Below, in pieces: positions 61,716 through 64,000 of a stretch of DNA of 64,000 nucleotides; the first letter of the stretch is position 1; every line of letters begins with the position of its first letter. Below the pieces are notes generated by a model, which was not told the DNA's origin, did not search any database, and was given only the letters and a program-made list of their open reading frames with translations. The stretch spans positions 448,001-512,000 of the forward strand of contig CAVZRV010000010.1 in NCBI GenBank assembly GCA_963777605.1, given 5' to 3'. A program made the position numbers and the translations under genes. This stretch comes from an uncultured Acidobacteriota bacterium (GTDB lineage Bacteria; Acidobacteriota; UBA6911; RPQK01; JAPXNP01).

Positions 61716-63338
61716 ATGAATTCGTTCCATGCGCTCGACTGGATGATCATTGCGATCTACTTCGCTGCAATCGGGGCAATCGCCTGGTGGGTGGTCAGGC
61801 GGGGCCAGAAGGATACTGCCGACTATTTTCTTGCCAGCCGGCACATGGGCTGGTACGTAATCGGCGCTTCGATCTTCGCCTCCAATATCGGTTCGGAACA
61901 CATCGTGGGACTTGCCAGTACCGGGGCCAACAGCGGGGTCGCCCTGGCCCATTACGAATTGCATTCGTGGGCCGTTCTCCTCCTGGGCTGGGTTTTCGTT
62001 CCCTTCTACTTGCGCAGCCGGGTATTCACCATGCCGGAGTTCCTCGAACTTCGCTACTCTCCGCAGGCCCGATGGTTTCTCTCAGTGATTTCTCTGGTCG
62101 CCTACGTCCTGACCAAAGTCTCCGTGACCGTCTACGCGGGAGCGGTGGTCTTTGAGACCCTGATGGGGATCGATTTCTGGACCGGCGCTCTCATCGTTGT
62201 CATCGTGACCGGTCTCTACACCGCATTTGGGGGACTGCGAGCGGTTGTTTACACCGACACCATGCACACGGCCGTTCTGCTGGTCGGCTCGATCACCGTC
62301 GCTGCCATGGGACTGATCAAGATTGGCGGATGGGGAAAGGTCGTGTCCATCGTCGGAGCGGAGAAGCTCAACATGTTCCCGCCGCTTGGCTCGGAGTTTC
62401 CCTGGCTCGGCCTTGTGCTGGCATCTCCGATTGTCGGCATCTGGTACTGGTGTACTGATCAGTGCATCGTTCAGCGGACGCTGGCCGCGAAAGACGAAAC
62501 CAACGCCCGCAGGGGCACGATCTGGGCTGCCTACCTGAAGCTGGCCCCCTTCTTCATCTTCATGATCCCCGGCATCATCGCCTATGCCCTAAAGAGCACC
62601 GGTCAACTTCAATACGATTCCCCCGATCAGGTCTTCCCAACCATGGTCAAGGCGCTCCTGCCGTTCGGCGTGCGGGGTCTCGTTGCGGGCGGTCTGCTGG
62701 CAGCGCTGATGAGTTCGCTGGCGGCCGTTTTCAACGGGTGTTCCACCCTGTTTACGATGGACATCTACAAGAAACTGCACCCCACCGCTACCGAGGCAAC
62801 CCTGGTTCGGGTCGGCCGCATCGCCACGATCGTGGTGGTGGGACTCGGCATTCTCTGGATTCCGATCCTTCGCAACTTCTCAGCTTCTCTCTACCAGTAC
62901 CTTCAGAACGTCCAGGCCTACATCGCTCCCCCGATCACCGCCGTCTTTCTGCTCGGCCTCTTCTGGAAACGAATCAACGGAAAAGGGGCCCTCACCGCGC
63001 TGATCGGCGGGTTTGCAGTGGGCATGACCAAGTTGACGGTCGAAGTCTTCCGGGACTCGACGACCGGCATCGTGAAGTGGCTCGCGGAAGTGAACTTCCT
63101 CTACTTTGCACCTCTTCTTTTTGCATTTTCGGTTGCCGTGATGGTGGTTGTGAGCCTCCTCTCGGCGGCACCTCCCGAAGGAAAACTCGCCGGTCTGACG
63201 TACTCGACGACCGTGGCGGAAGACAGGCAGCGCTCCCGTGCGAGTTGGGGAAAGACCGAGGTCATCCACACAATCATCATCCTGACGATCATCGCCATGG
63301 TAATGCTCTACTTCTCTCCGCTGGGGGTTGGCGGGTAG
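61716..63338 (+). CDS. Sodium:solute symporter (SGLT/galactose-inositol type)
   Basis: SIFASNIGSEHIVGLA, FTMPEFL, YWCTDQ.IVQR.L, LAALMSSL. Confidence 0.95.
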   Translation: MNSFHALDWMIIAIYFAAIGAIAWWVVRRGQKDTADYFLASRHMGWYVIGASIFASNIGSEHIVGLASTGANSGVALAHYELHSWAVLLLGWVFVPFYLRSRVFTMPEFLELRYSPQARWFLSVISLVAYVLTKVSVTVYAGAVVFETLMGIDFWTGALIVVIVTGLYTAFGGLRAVVYTDTMHTAVLLVGSITVAAMGLIKIGGWGKVVSIVGAEKLNMFPPLGSEFPWLGLVLASPIVGIWYWCTDQCIVQRTLAAKDETNARRGTIWAAYLKLAPFFIFMIPGIIAYALKSTGQLQYDSPDQVFPTMVKALLPFGVRGLVAGGLLAALMSSLAAVFNGCSTLFTMDIYKKLHPTATEATLVRVGRIATIVVVGLGILWIPILRNFSASLYQYLQNVQAYIAPPITAVFLLGLFWKRINGKGALTALIGGFAVGMTKLTVEVFRDSTTGIVKWLAEVNFLYFAPLLFAFSVAVMVVVSLLSAAPPEGKLAGLTYSTTVAEDRQRSRASWGKTEVIHTIIILTIIAMVMLYFSPLGVGG

Positions 63339-63436
63339 AAACCGAGACTCCTTTCAGACCCCGCGCGTACACTGGAATATGCGGAACGGCTCCCCTTCAC
63401 TGAGGGGACATGGGGGGGCTAATCGCGGGTGGCACA

Positions 63437-63640
63437 ATGAAACGAATGTTGCTGCTTCTGGCCGGCCTAATCGCGGGTTCGCCGATTGCCGATGTGCTCT
63501 CCAACCTGGTCCAGGCATCGGGTGACCAGGTGGGTGGATACATCATCCTTCGCTCGAGCAGTTCTTTCTGTGCCCAGGAACTGTTTGGGACCCAAAGCCT
63601 CAGCCTGCTTTCGGCTGTACCGGCCGTCCCTCTCAATTGA
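63437..63640 (+). CDS. Possible small exported hypothetical protein
   Basis: MKRMLLLLAGLIAGSPIAD signal-like start. Fills an otherwise empty gap. Confidence 0.3.
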   Translation: MKRMLLLLAGLIAGSPIADVLSNLVQASGDQVGGYIILRSSSSFCAQELFGTQSLSLLSAVPAVPLN

Positions 63641-63644
63641 TTCT

Positions 63645-64000
63645 TCAGGCGCTGGTTCCAGTGGCGTCATAGCGCCTCTCGAGCGATTCGAGGTATTGGC
63701 TCTCACCGCCCAGAACATCCATTGTGCGGTTGACGAGATCATCCAACAGCGTTCGCTCCGCCCGCAGGTCGTCGGCACCGGAAGATTCCGTCCCAGTTCC
63801 AGCGTTCTCTCCGCGCCGCCAGATCCGCGTAAGCACGGCAGCCGCCCGCTTCAATATCGCGGTGTGCATCTGGAATACGCCCGAGAATATCCCCCAGATT
63901 GGAGAGCGATTCGTTTCCCTGAGGACCATCCGCATCCGCGCCCTTATGTGACGCGCCCGGGCGTCGGGAATAACCGGGTCCTGTTCGACGGATCTCAGCG
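63645..64000 (-). CDS. Hypothetical protein, 3' part only (enters from the right edge)
   Basis: The frame of ORF 63645..63935 stays open to the window edge (..LRSVEQDPVIPDARARHIRARMRMVL..). Helical-looking sequence. Confidence 0.6.
   Translation of the reverse strand, partial: LRSVEQDPVIPDARARHIRARMRMVLRETNRSPIWGIFSGVFQMHTAILKRAAAVLTRIWRRGENAGTGTESSGADDLRAERTLLDDLVNRTMDVLGGESQYLESLERRYDATGTSA

Noticed and set aside
1-64000. CRISPR arrays, tRNA/rRNA, IS or integrase genes, prophage, defence islands
   Set aside because: None was recognisable by eye. tRNAscan, cmscan and DefenseFinder would be needed to exclude them formally.

Overview
GC-rich bacterial chromosomal segment, most consistent with Acidobacteriota (CRTAC1/ASPIC-UnbV protein, CHRD protein with an 'FPQFGNGGG' domain, futalosine-pathway MqnD, TolC-RND pump). 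This taxonomic call is an inference from gene content. About 53 CDS cover central metabolism (class I fumarase, glgP, class II fba, glpF-glpK and convergent glpD), a cofactor/Fe-S cluster (YgfZ, FolB, IscA, MocA-like, Rrf2, MqnD), c-di-GMP-type signalling (REC-HD-GYP, degenerate EAL-HDOD), four exported peptidases (M28, M1, M24, tricorn), sugar uptake genes and an RND operon. I saw no rRNA, tRNA, CRISPR or mobile element. Seven apparent +1 insertions split six genes and create one false fusion, probably from long-read errors. Best leads: (1) a translationally coupled GalU-like nucleotidyltransferase plus plant-type glucuronokinase, a candidate bacterial UDP-glucuronate salvage route; (2) an exported tricorn/aminopeptidase cascade with a permease; (3) an orphan, catalytically degenerate HepT-like HEPN; (4) a stand-alone dCache sensor with no output domain; (5) an unlisted 34-aa ORF behind a candidate sigma-54 promoter. 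All family calls come from motif recognition by eye; no searches were run.
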